Origin: Octopus sinensis | Taxonomy: Eukaryota | DNA: 64,000 nt | Assembly (NCBI RefSeq): GCF_006345805.1 | Contig: NC_043000.1 | Location: 46,190,001 to 46,254,000, forward strand | Direction of reading: 5' to 3' | Shown: one piece after another, positions 1 through 12,919 of the stretch | How positions within the stretch are numbered: the first letter of the stretch is position 1 | Layout: every line of letters starts with the position of its first letter | Notes under the pieces: generated by a model | Seen by the model: the letters and a program-made list of their open reading frames with translations, nothing else | Told to the model about the DNA's origin: nothing | Database searches by the model: none | Translations under genes and position numbers: made by a program

Positions 1-360
1 ATCCTTGTTTAACGTCCGCTTTCCATGCTAGCATAGGTTGGACGATTTGACTGAGGGCTGGCAAACCAGATGGCGGTACCAGGCTCCAATCTTGATCTGG
101 CAGAGATTCTACAGCTGGATCCCCTTCTTAATGCCAACCACTCCGAGTGTGTAGTGGGCATGAGGGCCAGTCAGGCGGTACTGGCAATGGCCTCACTTGA
201 ATCTTTTTACACATGCCACTGGCACAGGTGCCAGTAAGGCGATGCTGGTAATGATCACGCTCAAATGGTGCCTTTTACGTGCCACCGGCATGGAAGCCAG
301 TTAGCCGCTCTGGCAACGATCATGCTCAGATGGTGCTCTTAGCACCCTACTAGCACGGGG
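1..360 (-). mobile_element. SINE family 2 (GAT-tailed) 3' part
   Basis: Reverse complement of ...taggaagggcatccagctgtag...ccatgctagcatggaaagcggacgttaaac, with internal ~60-bp gtgccaccggca repeats; same motif recurs many times in the window. Confidence 0.8.
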
Positions 361-463
361 CTCAAGTACTAGAAATAGCAGTCAAATTTTTACTACTTTG
401 CATCCTGTTGTCTTTAAAAAAACCAAAAAAGTTATGTTTCAACGATTAAAAATGTTGGGATTG

Positions 464-688
464 CTAATCCTTGAGCATTCAGATACTTTGTCAAATGTAA
501 TGCTTATTTATTCACATTATTTTGAATTAATCCTGCATTATCTTGTAGCTTCAAGATTTCAATGGTGCGCTGGTATATTTTTGGAATAACATTGTAGGGT
601 AGGTGTGAGAGGTTGGATGTGATCAGTTTTAACATAAAACATAGAATATTTGCGCTAGATATGACTATATTAAATACTTGAGGGTTAA
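464..688. mobile_element. ~225-bp TTAA-flanked MITE (piggyBac-like ends)
   Basis: Ends ctaatccttgagcattc ... aatacttgagggttaa; related copies at 20172-20384 and 46410-46638. Confidence 0.55.
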
Positions 689-844
689 ACAATGTGTCTG
701 CTCAGTTAAGGCTGGCCTGGAACTAAACATTGGCAATTTACTCCAAACTTTTAAGATTTCTCATAGAAAATACTAACTTTTCAGCCTGTCTTAGACTACT
801 TTGCACAAATTAATTTCTAATTCATTTATTCTTTCACAATTTCA

Positions 845-1247
845 TTCTTCTACTTGCTTCAGTCAGCTGACTGTGGCCATGCTGGAGCACAGCCTTAAAG
901 AGTTTTAGTCGAAGAAATTGATCCCAGGACTTATTATTTGTAAGTCTAGTACTTATCCTATTGATCTCTTTTGCCGAACCACTAAGTTACGGGAATGCAA
1001 ACACATCAACATTGATTTTCAAGCGATGGTAGAGGAACAAACACAGGCACAAATATATACACACATAAATATATACATATATATGTACATAATGAGGTTC
1101 TTTCAGTTTCTGTCTAACAAATGCACTCCCAAGGTTTTGGTCAGCCCAAGGCTATAGCAGAAGAGACTTTCCTAAGGTGTCATGCAGTGGGACTGAACCT
1201 GGAATCATGTGGTTGGGAAGCAAGATGCTTTACCACACAGTCATGCC
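845..1247 (-). mobile_element. SINE family 1 (tRNA-like head)
   Basis: Reverse complement of the full + strand copy at 16660-17054 (ggccatgctggagcac..., cagtgggactgaacc, accacacagtc). Confidence 0.8.
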
Positions 1248-1886
1248 TTCAGAAGAAACAAAATGGAAGAAGTTGCTTAATGGATGAAGTTCGATTTTGA
1301 TTAAGTAGACCTATGCTCTAAGGCATCTAACTATAACAAAATTTGTATTTTAAAGGCCTCTTGGACTCTATGTGTTCTTCCTTTCTTCTAAAAAAGACAG
1401 TGAAATATGTTTTGAGTACGTTTTTGACTGCTGTTTCTAGCATATTAAACAGTAGTATATATAATCCTTTCTTGTCTCAACACAAAAAGGTACTCTTTGT
1501 TCAAATCCACAAATTAAACTTTTTGTTAGCGATCTTCATTGCTATTCAATAAGAACTAGATAATTACAATCTTCTAGTTTCTATACAGGTTTCTCAACTA
1601 ATTAAAGCTTCTGATGTGATGGACTGACCAGTGTTTGCTGCTTGGCAGAAGACAAGTATTAGTAAAACTGTACAACTGAACTTGGTAAAATCTGTCTTAC
1701 CTTATTAACTGCCAAATGTATTATTGATTTAGTGGTACTGATATTTTACACAGTGATAATCAGGAAGGAGAACTCTGCTGTCGTAAGATTATTGCTGGAT
1801 ATGGGGGACAAATTATCGTAAGTGAAGTAAGACATATTGACATATTTCTACCAGTCAAATGTATTTTATGGGATTTCTGCTTATAC

Positions 1887-2205
1887 ACGTATGTATGTAT
1901 GTATGTATGTATGTATGTATGTATGTATGTATGCATGTATGCATGTATGTATGCATCTGTGTGTATGTCTGTGTGTGTATGTATGTAGGTATGTACGTAT
2001 GCATGTATGTATGTATGTATGCATGTATGTATGTATGCATGCATGTATGTATGTTTGTATGTATGTTTGTATGTATGTATGTGTGTGTGTATGTACTCAT
2101 ATATGTATATATGCCTATCTACATATACTGTCTCTTCATGAATATACACACATACATGCATACATACATATATATACATGCATTATCATACATATATACA
2201 CATGT
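1887..2205. repeat. (TATG)n/(TA)n compound microsatellite
   Basis: Direct tetranucleotide repeats; source of the spurious MYVC/HTYI ORFs. Confidence 0.95.
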
Positions 2206-2421
2206 ATAATCAGTGTGGTTGTAATGTCTACTTATCTAGTTTTCCTTGTTAGTATTCACTCAGACAAGACTTACAGAGGTAATTATTCTATGGTTAGATG
2301 TACTTCTTATCACTAACTGTCACTTATTTTCAAGTAAGGTATTTTTCCTGCCAATCTTTTCAATGAAGAACTCAACAGTTTGCATGTCACGATGGAAGAC
2401 AAAATCAAACGATGCCATATA

Positions 2422-3287
2422 TTCAAGGTGGTATAAAAAAAGTTCTCAGACTAGTTATTTTTATTAAAAAATAACTTATTTACCTAAATTTAAACATCAT
2501 CTCCTTCAAAATGGTCATTTGAGTGGCACTACACTGGTCCCAGCATTCCTGCTACTTTTGGAATCTGGCCTGGAAGTAATTTTCCATAAGCAAGTCAAGG
2601 ACCTCCTGCGATTCACTATGGATCTCAACAATGGTGTTAAAACGGTGACCTTTAAGCTCTATTTTAATCTTGGTGAAGAGATAGAATTTCTTAGGAGGTA
2701 AATCTGGCACAAGCAATACCATGTTGTTTTTGGCAATTACCATGAAGAATCCAATTCTTTTCGCTCCACATACTTGGTCACTTTCACTGAATGTCCTTTC
2801 TGAAATGCTTCAAAACATAGTAGGACTCTCGATTGATGGTCTGGCCCTGGGGGATGAATTTTTGATGCACAATACTAAATTTCTTGGGGTGATGTTTGTG
2901 GCAGGTCTTCCAGATCGGTCATTGTCTTCTAGGGCTGTTCTTCCACTTTTGAAGCACCTGTGCCACTCAAAATATTGTGTACAATCAATTATCTCATCGC
3001 CATCAGCTTGTTGAAGCATGCTCAATGTCTCTATAGCAGACTTTCCAAGTCTAGCACAAAATTTCATGTAGGTCCTTCGTTCCTGACCATGACAAAAATC
3101 ACAGACTGCAGCATACACATGATCGCAAAAACACAAAGTTCATAACTTGTAAAGTAAACATAACAATGTCACTCAACACACTGCCTCATGAAGGTCACTG
3201 TTATCTGTCACTGTGCATGCAACCATGTGCTGCCATCTGTTGGCGCACTACTGAACTAGTCGAGGAACTTTTTGTTATCACCTTGTA
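2422..3287 (-). mobile_element. Internally deleted mariner transposon
   Basis: ~35-bp imperfect TIRs (ttcaaggtggtataaaaaaagttctcagactagt / actagtcgaggaactttttgttatcaccttgta) flanked by TA; minus-strand translation gives N-terminal MKFCARLGKSAIETLSML...FEWHRCFKSGRTALEDNDRSGRP and C-terminal KFYLFTKIKIELKGHRFNTIVEI. Confidence 0.9.
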
Positions 3288-3599
3288 TAACAACAACATT
3301 GTTTAAGTTTCACCCAAACAATATCAAGGCAATGGGAAGACACAAGCACATGCAAACATGGCTAGACACACAAATGCATATACATGCACACACTTATGTA
3401 CATACATATGCACATATATACCAGCCCACAAACACACACATACACATACATTTCCTACTGTTTTCATTTCCCAATTCCACTTAGAAAAGTGCCCAAGGTT
3501 ATAGGAGAAACACCTGCATCCATAGTAACATGCAATTCCATCAAATCTATAAATACAATATTGGGAAGAAAACGTCTTAATTGCAATGCTATGTCTGCA

Positions 3600-3710
3600 T
3601 GTTTTGTATATATGTATATGTATATATATATGTTTATGTATGTATGTATGTATGTATGTATGTATGTATGTATGTATGTAGGTATGTAGGTATGTATGTA
3701 TGTATGTATG

Positions 3711-3766
<56 letters not shown>
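3600..3766. repeat. (TATG)n then (TA)n microsatellite
   Basis: Direct repeats. Confidence 0.95.
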
Positions 3767-3770
<4 letters not shown>

Positions 3771-3779
3771 CAAAAACAG

Positions 3780-4115
3780 AAACTGGCACATCAGTTGTGA
3801 TGATGAATTTTTCAGTCGATCTAATCAATGGAAAATGAAACGAATGTGAAATTAACAAGAAATTAACGTTCAAGTAGCTGAGTACTTCACAGACATGGTA
3901 ATCTTAATCTAGTTTTTAATGAAATTCAGTGTGAAACGGAATATGACATTGGCTGGCTCTTGAAAATACCGGTACTATTTGTCTTTGCTAACTGACAGGA
4001 CTGGAGCAATGTGAAATGAAGTGTCTTGCTCAAGAATATAACATACTACTGTGTATCAAAGTGATGACCTTGTGATTGTGAGACAAATGCTCTAACCACT
4101 AAGATATATGCCTTC
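3780..4115 (-). mobile_element. SINE family 4
   Basis: gactggagcaatgtgaaatgaagtgtcttgctcaag ... ctaaccactaag, shared with 28715-29022 and 45230-45552. Confidence 0.7.
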
Positions 4116-4139
4116 ATGTTAAATCTTGAACTCAATATG

Positions 4140-4310
4140 CTCTTTTCATTCTCCCTCTATTTATTTCCTCTTATTCCTTTCTATCAAAGAGCATAGGCTC
4201 AAAATGTAAAAGACGTTTCCATTTTTCCCGAGCATCAAACTAATACACTTGCTTGTTGTTCCTACACCTGTTTTTGTCTTTGTTTTTCAATAAATTTGAA
4301 CTATATATAT
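4140..4310 (+). mobile_element. Penelope-like pLTR relic with decayed hammerhead motif
   Basis: ctttCTATCAAagagcataggctcAAAAtgtaaaaga: stem II GAGC/GCTC and stem I CTTT/AAAG retained, core nucleotides mutated. Confidence 0.45.
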
Positions 4311-4317
4311 TCTCTTT

Positions 4318-4528
4318 TTCTCTTATTTGTTTCAGTTATTTGACTGCAGCCATGCTGGAGCACAGCCTTTAGTTGAACAAATCGATCCCAAAACTTATTC
4401 TTTGTAAGCTTAGTACTTATTCTATTGGTCTCTTTTGCCGAATCACTAAGTTACAGGTATGTAAACACTTCAACAGTTGTCAAATGATGGTGGTGGGGAC
4501 AAACACAGACACACAAACATATATATAT

Positions 4529-4594
<66 letters not shown>

Positions 4595-4756
4595 GACTGG
4601 CTTCTTTCATTTTCCATCAGCCAAATCCAATCACAAGGCTTTGGTCAACCTGAGGCTATAGTAGAAGACACTTGCCCAATGTGTCATGCAGTGGTACTGA
4701 ACCAGGATTCATGTGGTTAGTAAGCAAGCTACTTACCACATAGCCACTCCTGCACC
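4318..4756 (-). mobile_element. SINE family 1
   Basis: Full-length reverse complement with internal (TA)n expansion. Confidence 0.85.
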
Positions 4757-5074
4757 ATATATATTATATATACATGCATATGCACACACAGACACACATA
4801 TTTAGATATAGGTATATACACACACACACACACTCAGTGGTTGAAAAAATATATATGCATATTGGATTATTATAAATCAGTTTTATTAGAATACATTTCA
4901 TCTTCAAAATTTAATAGAATCTATAAATGCAATTTACATATTTTCTTATGAATGCTTGTTTTCAAATTGATGACCATTCTGATTCAGGCACTACTGATAA
5001 TGTGAAGTAATGGAATCACTAACATCAAGCTATATTTCATCCAGTATTTGTGCAAGTTCTCATTCAATAACTGT

Positions 5075-5420
5075 CTCCATCATATGGACTGTTATAATTT
5101 TGCACCATAAATTTTATCATTTATGTATCCCCATAAGTAAAAAAGCAAAAAAAAAAAGCAGCATCTAATGGTGATAGGTCCAGTAAATGCAAAGGGTATT
5201 CTACTGAACCTCATTGTTCAATCAATCTGTTTGGCAAAATCTTATCAATGTAGGTCCCATGATAGTGTTGGGGTGTTCCATCTTGCTTGAAATAAAATAC
5301 CATGGTCTTCAAAGTTTTCATGAATGCTTTGCATGAGAAATGCTTGCAACAAGTTCAAGTAAATAGGACCAGTAAAAGTACTCTCATTGAACTGTTCTCT
5401 CAGGGTTTATTGCGTTGCAA
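5075..5420 (-). mobile_element. IS630/Tc1/mariner transposase relic
   Basis: Minus strand pieces FKQDGTPQHYH and DLSPLD..FYLWGYINDKIY match the catalytic QD and SPDLxPLDFxLWG motifs; frameshifted. Confidence 0.6.
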
Positions 5421-5798
5421 GTTGCATGGCAACTTCATCAGTGCTGGTGGCACCATGGAAAAGTACTTAGAACATACTGTAGAGTATTTGTCATTAGGAA
5501 GGGCATCTAGTCATAGAAGCTGTGCAAAAGCAGACACTGAAATATGATGCAGCCCGGAGGCTTTTGTAAAATTGTTTAACTCATGCCACCATGGAATCTG
5601 GGCATTAAATGATGATGATGAAGGTGGTACTAGTAGTGGTGGTGGTGACAGTGCTAGAGCTTGTGGTGACATGCGTGAGTGAGTGTACCAGTACTAAATG
5701 CAAAAGAACACAAATTACATAAGAAAATCTACTATCTTACAGCTGTTTCAAACAATAAAAAAAGAGTAATTCCTAATGACTATTGTCTCTTTTCTCAG

Positions 5799-5880
5799 CT
5801 TCCTCAGAGCTAGCTTGAAATCGAAGAAACAAAACAATTTTCATCACTTAGTATTATTTGCTCACTTTGCTGAAACAGCT
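5799..5880 (+). CDS. Host gene exon (FLRASLKSKKQNNFHHLVLFAHFAETA), unidentified protein
   Basis: Acceptor tctcttttctcag, donor gtaggc, open frame, phase-0 end compatible with exon at 10613. Confidence 0.55.
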
Positions 5881-6479
5881 GTAGGCTAATTAATTTATTA
5901 TATAACTCATTTTATCAATTTTTTCTCATTAATTAACAATACTTTAATCTGTTCTTCCGTTGCTGCCCATATGCAAGTCCAGATGAGAGGAACACAGTGG
6001 TATTGCACTTCTCTAAGGTTAATATTTGTTGAGACGAGTGACAATAATTGTAGTGAGTTCTAATAAATGGTTTTTTGTATAGCTATGTAAAAGCAAAAAA
6101 GTTGAAAATGCACATGGGGTTTTTAAGAAGATTTATTTATATTTATTTAATGAAAAGTCATGATTTACTTTAAAAAATAGTTATATTCTTAAAATTCTTA
6201 TATCGAAAATTTTTATAGGATATTTTGTTTTTGTTTTACAAAATGAATTCTATGTTATTTTATTTTATATCAAAATTTAAAGAGGATAAGATCTGTTTTC
6301 GCAAAGAAAAAAGATAAGCATATTATTTACAAATTGTTTTCTCTTTTTCAATTCAGCAAAGCGTAATGTTGGCATTTATGATGTTAATATGTAGGTTTAA
6401 CACTATACACACATGAGTACTTGTAAGTATATATGTACATATGTGTGTGTGTTTGTGTGTGTGTGTGTACACTCACACC

Positions 6480-7215
6480 ATCACTGATTTTACAACAAGC
6501 AAAAATGATATTTCTAAAATCTCTCTAAGAGATCAATGCAGTAGTTATACTATCAAGTAATATTCGTAACCACTTTAACATGACTGTCCATTCAAATGGA
6601 CTCTGCTGTGATTTTTTTTTTACCCTAAGAGAGCATCTCTCGAGCTGGTTAACAATGCAGAGCAGCATCTGATAAATTGTGAGCAGGGGAGCAAACCCCA
6701 ATCAACTTCTAGCAATGGGACCAGGCTTTTTCTGCTACTCTTCAGTATTGGACACCTCATGTGCTACAGATGGCAGTGGCTCACCTCTGCTCACAATATA
6801 TATATTTCAAGTGAACACACAGTCACTGTTTTGCAACAAGCAAAAATGCTAGTTCTAGTTGTTATATCAAGAAATTTTCATAGTTACTTCAACATGGCTG
6901 TCCATTCAAACAGACTCTACTGCAATTTTTTCAACCCCGAGAGGACATCCCCTCTAGATGGTTAACAATGCAGAACTGCATCCAATAAATTGCAAGCAAG
7001 GGAGTAAACCCCTGCCAACTTCTAGTGATGGGACAAGTAGACCAGTCCTGGTTTCAGGCTATCTCTGTTACTGGTCTACTGGTCCTGTCACTAGAAGTTA
7101 GTAGGGATTTGCTCTTCCCTGCTTGCAGTTTATTAGATGCAGCTGTGCACCAGTAACCAGCTAGAGGCGATGTCCTCTTGGGGTTAAAAAAAATTGCAGT
7201 AGAGTCTGTTTGAAT
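6480..7215. repeat. Two diverged direct copies plus one inverted copy of an unclassified unit
   Basis: ~6480-6725 and ~6820-7046 are direct repeats; 7070-7215 is the reverse complement of 6904-7046. Confidence 0.85.
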
Positions 7216-7249
7216 AAACTTGAAAAAACAAGAACACAAGGACGTGGTA

Positions 7250-7574
7250 AAAGTAATGTATTATCAGACGCTCAGGAAAGGAAAGAAAGAGGATTTAACA
7301 TTTCGACCAAAGCTCTTCTTCAGAAATAAAGGAAAGTCCAAAAGAAGAGAAGACAGAGGAAGAAAATCGCTAACAATTCACATGTGGTTACATTTTGAAA
7401 TGACTGGAAGGGAATGGGTGAAGAAAAAGTTCTTTCTAAGACAGGAGAGTGTAAGAGAAGGTGTGTGTGTATGTGTGGCTATGTGTGTGCGTACAGGTCT
7501 GTTTGTGTGTGTAATAATAGCACATGTGTGTGCATATGTGTGTGTAATAATAGCACATGTGTGTGCATATGTGT

Positions 7575-7608
<34 letters not shown>

Positions 7609-7830
7609 GGTTTTGGCTGTGTATGTGTGAGTGAACTGTGTGTTGCTTTAGGAAGAATTCATAGTAGGAGTGGCTGTCATTTGTGTAGTGTGTCCTGTTA
7701 CTTGTGCGTAGGAGAATGGTCAGTAGAAAGGTGTTTCACTAGTAGTTTGAAGTACGTGTGTGTGTGTGTGTATGTATATGTTGTGTGTGTTTTGTTGTAC
7801 AGGGTGTACCAGTGTCTGTGGGTATGTGTG
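7250..7830 (-). mobile_element. Penelope-like 3'/pLTR fragment
   Basis: Carries an HHR-like motif and (CA)n-rich tail; tttcctgagcgtctgataatac resembles the relic at 4140-4310. Confidence 0.5.
7293..7327 (-). ncRNA. Partly degenerate minimal hammerhead ribozyme motif
   Basis: AUUU-CUGAAGA-A-GAGC-UUUG-GUC-GAAA-UG-UU-AAAU; stem I intact, stems II and III weakened. Confidence 0.5.
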
Positions 7831-8089
7831 TGTATGTGTACGTGTGTATGATTAAGTGGGTGAATATTTGGGAGTGTGGGGAGGAGGTTTTAGGCAAGAG
7901 AGAAACAGAAATGTCTTACTGTGGAGAAGATACAGGGGCGTTCAGATTAAATTTGACAGTTTGCATAAGAAGAAAATGCAACATCCTATCCAAAATTAAA
8001 AGTATATGTTAGTAACAAAGGCCTCTCAGTCAGAATGAAAAGCAAGTTGTATGATGCCTGTGTATGAACAGCTATGCTACATGGCAGTC

Positions 8090-8335
8090 ATTGTCATCGT
8101 TTAACGTCCGTTTTCCATGCTAGCATGGGTTGGACAGTTCAACTGGGGTCTGGGAAGCCAGAAGGCTGCGCCAGGCCCAGTCTGATCTGGCAGTGTTTCT
8201 ACAGCTGGATGCCCTTCCTAACGCCAACCACTCCATGAGTGTAGTGGGTGCTATTTACATGCCACCGGCACAGGTGCCAGACGAGGCTGGCAAACGGCCA
8301 CGATCGGATGGTGCTTTCTACGTGCCACCAGCACG
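8090..8335 (-). mobile_element. SINE family 2
   Basis: gtttaacgtccgttttccatgctagcatggg...gcccttcctaacgccaacc. Confidence 0.85.
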
Positions 8336-8439
8336 GTGAGCAGTGAGCCGAATAAAAGAGTTGTCATTGCATACATCTCCCTTCAGCTGAGCGCATTCCT
8401 AACCTTACAGGCTTGTGGATGATGGTGTCATGTAAAAAC

Positions 8440-8660
8440 CACCCATACTGGTCCCACATAAATTAACCCATGCTGGTGTTGCTTAAAAGCACTGAATACT
8501 CTTTGTAAAGTGACCGGCATTAGGAAGGGCATCGGGCTGTAGAAACCATGCCAAAACGGACACTTAACCTGGGCAGTTCTTCAGCTAGCCTGCTCCTGTT
8601 AAACTGTCCAACTTATGCTAGCATGGAAAAAGGACGTTAAATGATGATGATGATGATGAT
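8440..8660 (+). mobile_element. SINE family 2 3' fragment with (GAT)n tail
   Basis: taggaagggcatcgggctgtag...gctagcatggaaaaaggacgttaaatgatgatg. Confidence 0.75.
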
Positions 8661-8859
8661 GATGATGGTGAGGATGATGATGATGGTGGTGGTGGTGGTG
8701 GTGGTGATGATGATGATGATGATAATGATGATGATGTTGACGGTGGTAGTGGTGTTGGTGGTGGTGGTGATGAGGACGACGATGATGATGATGATAAACT
8801 AGAATATGGTTTAGAGAACAGTTTATGAAAGGTGGCCACCTTCAGCTTCTACCACAGTG

Positions 8860-9300
8860 ATAAGAGGACTCTAGAATCTAATGACTACATTCTGCACTAT
8901 GTCCCTGGGAAGATCTTCAAACACCAACTTGATCCTGGCAATTAGTTCAGCCTTGGGGTTGCTGGCAGAGCAGTTGGTATAATCAATGGAATAACAATTG
9001 GGAGAGTTAGGAGGCCAGAAATTGGGGCTGGTAAAGTTGTAGAAATTCTCTGACAACTGCTTCAGACTCTTTCCAGAGGTATGACAAGAAGCTAAATCCT
9101 GCTGTCTCATAAATGACCTTTCAGCAGTAAACCTCTCCAACCAAGGTTTGACCATTGTCGAGAGTTGTTTGATATAGCTATTTAAATCGATCCTCAGAAC
9201 TGGTTTATCAGTTGTTGAATGAATTCCAGCATCCAAATGCAACCAGAACATCTGCTGTCCCTTCCTGCAAGCCACAATTTTACATTTTCTGTTACAGAGT
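8860..9300 (-). mobile_element. Tc1/mariner-superfamily transposase relic
   Basis: ORF 8871-9275 has QQDLASCHTS and FWPPNSPNCYSIDY, matching QQD.A..H and WPP.SPD.NP.DY. Confidence 0.75.
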
Positions 9301-10612
9301 CCACAAAGTGCTGAGCAGCAGCCATCATGTCAAATTAAAAGTTGTGGGATATAAGTTTTAAGTGATTTGTTGAGATGCCATTAGTCCTCCAACTAAGTTC
9401 ACTAATACAAATATTTATTTCTCAAATATAACATAAGCTACTGAGTTAGCATTTGTTATTAAAGATGATATTTTTGGAGGTGCATGTGTAGCAGTCTGTG
9501 ATATGGAAAGTGGATCTGCAACTGTTATTCCCTATAAGAATGCACTTCAAGCCCTTAAATTCTTCATGCACTATTGCCCAATGCTGAAGCCTAGCAATTT
9601 TACATATTGCTAAAATTATCCTACCCCACAACTGATTCCCTGCTTTAAGAGATTTTTACCCACTGGTTACTGGATTGCCCTTAGATACCAGGATTCATTC
9701 CAACTATGCTATCCTACATTTTGGTCACCTGGAGGTGCATAGTTTCACTCAGTTCACTGGCCCTACTCTAGAGCTACAGGGTCATTACAATAACGATTTT
9801 ATCACCACCACTCTCTTACTTTATATCTTACATTTCTTTCATGAGCTACTTGTACTCAACCTCAAAATTCCTGTTAACCATTACTAACATCTCTACCATT
9901 TTGTTAAGCATCACCATTTTATTGCACTCTCCAGATCCCCTACCTCTGTCTTTTACAAACATTCTGACTTTCACTCCTACCTTGATTTTATTTCCTCTCA
10001 CTTTATTCACGTCAAACTGTATACGTTTTACTCACAGTTTCACACCCTCTGCTGCCTCTCTAACTGAAAGACTGACATATGAAAGTAAATAAACTTAAAA
10101 TGATTTGGTCAAAACACTTTCATTGAATGTGTTCAAAAGAAATTACGGTGAAGAAATTATGTTTGATTGTTGTCAAATTAGCCTCTATCAGTTTTTTTTC
10201 TAAATTAATTTAAGAGAAAACCTGATCTGACTTCAACAATTAGAATCAGAAACAATGATAGATGAAGAGTAACGAGTTGCCTCTGTTACTAGATAGTCTA
10301 TATTTCAATAAACTGGAATTTGTTTTCTATCTTTCATGAAAGAATTTATTATGCAAAATAACTGATCAAATATCCTAAAAATCAAAGCTGTTCTCATTCA
10401 CAAATTCTATGAAAAAATAGGGATTATATGTTTAGGATTTTCCTAATTAATATTATGAACAAATTGAAAGTGCCAAATACCAGGTGAGAACATTAATTGC
10501 TAACAGCTGGTATCAAGTAATTACCTATCAATAACATAATATAGCTTGCTGTTATAATGAATTGAAAGAAATTTTAAGTGTAAGTTCTTATAATAATTTT
10601 CAATGTGTCTAG

Positions 10613-10754
10613 AATCTACTGCTGTGCAACTCTGTGCCTGTAAAAAGTTTTGTTAATTGTGATTATGAGTTAGCGGCAGTTTTCTTTCTTAAATATTTGT
10701 CTGTAATTAGTAATTCAAAGAATTCAATATTAGCTTCAGTTCCTGTCCATAAAG
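10613..10754 (+). CDS. Host gene exon (NLLLCNSVPVKSFVNCDYELAAVFFLKYLSVISNSKNSILASVPVHK)
   Basis: Acceptor ttttcaatgtgtctag, strong donor aag|gtaagc, 142 bp open, phase 0 to 1. Confidence 0.65.
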
Positions 10755-12177
10755 GTAAGCTATTAATATTAATGGCCAATCTGACTAACATCAGCACCAT
10801 CATCATCAGTATCACTATCATCATCATCATCACGCAATGACACAACTTATATCACTAGAGGAACTGGTTTCTAATATCCTGTCTGTCTGTTTTGAAGACT
10901 GTCATTGGTAATATAACTACAAGTGTAGTATGTTACCCTTCAATCACCAGTAGTAAGCAGTAACACATGAAGCACAACATGATTAATGTGTCTCTTATTC
11001 ATAATATAGTCAAAATATTCATTGTTACCATAATAATAATTATTTGCGTGGTTATCATAATTATTTTGCCTATCACATCACTACAATTGCTATTATCATT
11101 TCTCTCTTTGCTTCAACATATTCGTCATTTTCTTATACATATATCAATTCTTAACAATATGTCTTCTAACTTCCTTCAAAGACACCTTTGTAATAGAGGT
11201 TAAACATCACCTCCTCTCACTTACTCATTATGTACACACAGACATTAATGCTTGTACAAGATGCAAATTATTAGACAGGTAGGTCTCAATGTATAAATTT
11301 CTATACATATTATTAATTTATACTTACAATATTATGTGCGCTATATAATCAAATATATATATAGATATAGATATTCAGTCATATATTTGCGAACATACAC
11401 AAATATTACAGATGCACTTTCATGTGCACACACTCACACACACATACACACACACATGCACGCACACACACATACACACACACACACACACACACAAGTT
11501 AAAGGAAGGTTGAATTCTAATAACGATCACACAAGTGTACACATATTCTTCCACATATAGAGAGCTTGAGAGCTATAAATGAGCTTAAGTTATTTATGAT
11601 TCCCAAGTTGAAATTGAAGAGCAGCCATTCTTATTATCTATAAAAGTGAGTGTGAACAGCAAGAGACAAAATTCAGTCAATTTTAAGAACACATTTTGGC
11701 TTTATATACAATTCTCACAGACAAAGATTTCTCCTTTCTTTTAGAGCCAATTTATTGGACTCTGAAGATATTTATATCCTTCCATTTGTTCAAGAACAAT
11801 TTTGTATTTCACCAGATAAAAAGATTCTCAGTCAAAATGAGTGATGTTAGCTGAAATCAGTCTTGATATACATAATGAGTTGATGGATAACAAATGCACA
11901 TATAAAATTAGATAAAGGGAACAATACATAGGAACAATATTTATCTTGTAAGTGTCATTTTAAATTCCTTGTAAAACTTTTACACTGCAACTATTTTTGT
12001 GCATTATATAGACAGTTTGGTAAGTACATAATTCATAATTATCTCCAATTTTTTTTTATTTATTTATTCATCCAGTGATTCATTAAGCAGTAAAACATTT
12101 TCCTGCAAATATTTTATAGGATCATATCTGAATGAGTTAATATTATCTAGCTCAATAGAAGCTAGTATTAATTAATT

Positions 12178-12510
12178 CAATTCTATCAGTCTCATTTGCT
12201 GAACCACTAAGTTATGGTGATCTAAATGCACCAGTTGTTGTCAAGTGATGGTGGGAAACAAACACAGATACAAAGACACACAGACACACAAATACACAGA
12301 CACACACACACAGATATACACACACACACACACAGATATACACACACACATACATACACACATACAATGAGCTTCTTTCAGTTTCTATCTACCTTACCCA
12401 CTCACAGGTTTTGGTCAGCCTGAAGCTACAGTAGAAGACACTTGTTCAAGGTGTCCCACAGTAGGACTAAACCTGGAACCATATGGTTGGGGAGCAAGCT
12501 TCTTACCTGC
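12178..12510 (-). mobile_element. SINE family 1, partial
   Basis: gctgaaccactaagtta...gtagaagacacttg...gcaagcttcttacc. Confidence 0.75.
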
Positions 12511-12848
12511 AGCATGCTCTCTTAGATCTGGGGCACCTTAACCATACAGGAAGGTTGCAATGTAGACAATAGCACAGAATATTGCAGGAGAGGGGTATCC
12601 AAAAGTCATAATCTGGATGTGGCCCAACCTCCTTAGGGTGTCAAGAGCAAAGGGCCAAAACACTTGCATGATGTTGGAGTAGAGCTTCTCTGAATGCCTT
12701 CTACTGTTCAGCTCTCCCTAGAGTTTCTTACTATTATTACCATGTTAAATATGGTGAACACGTTTGCCACATGGAATTGTTTCTTAAAAATTTTTCAAAG
12801 TGGTTTATTTCATTTTATTATCAAATAAATAAATAAATAGATAAATAA

Positions 12849-12900
<52 letters not shown>

Positions 12901-12919
12901 ATAAAAAATATATATAAAA

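Noticed and set aside
9690-10080. Pyrimidine-rich stretch resembling an old LINE 3' end (also 15300-15600 and 49950-50850)
   Set aside because: No translatable motif is strong enough to name a clade by eye
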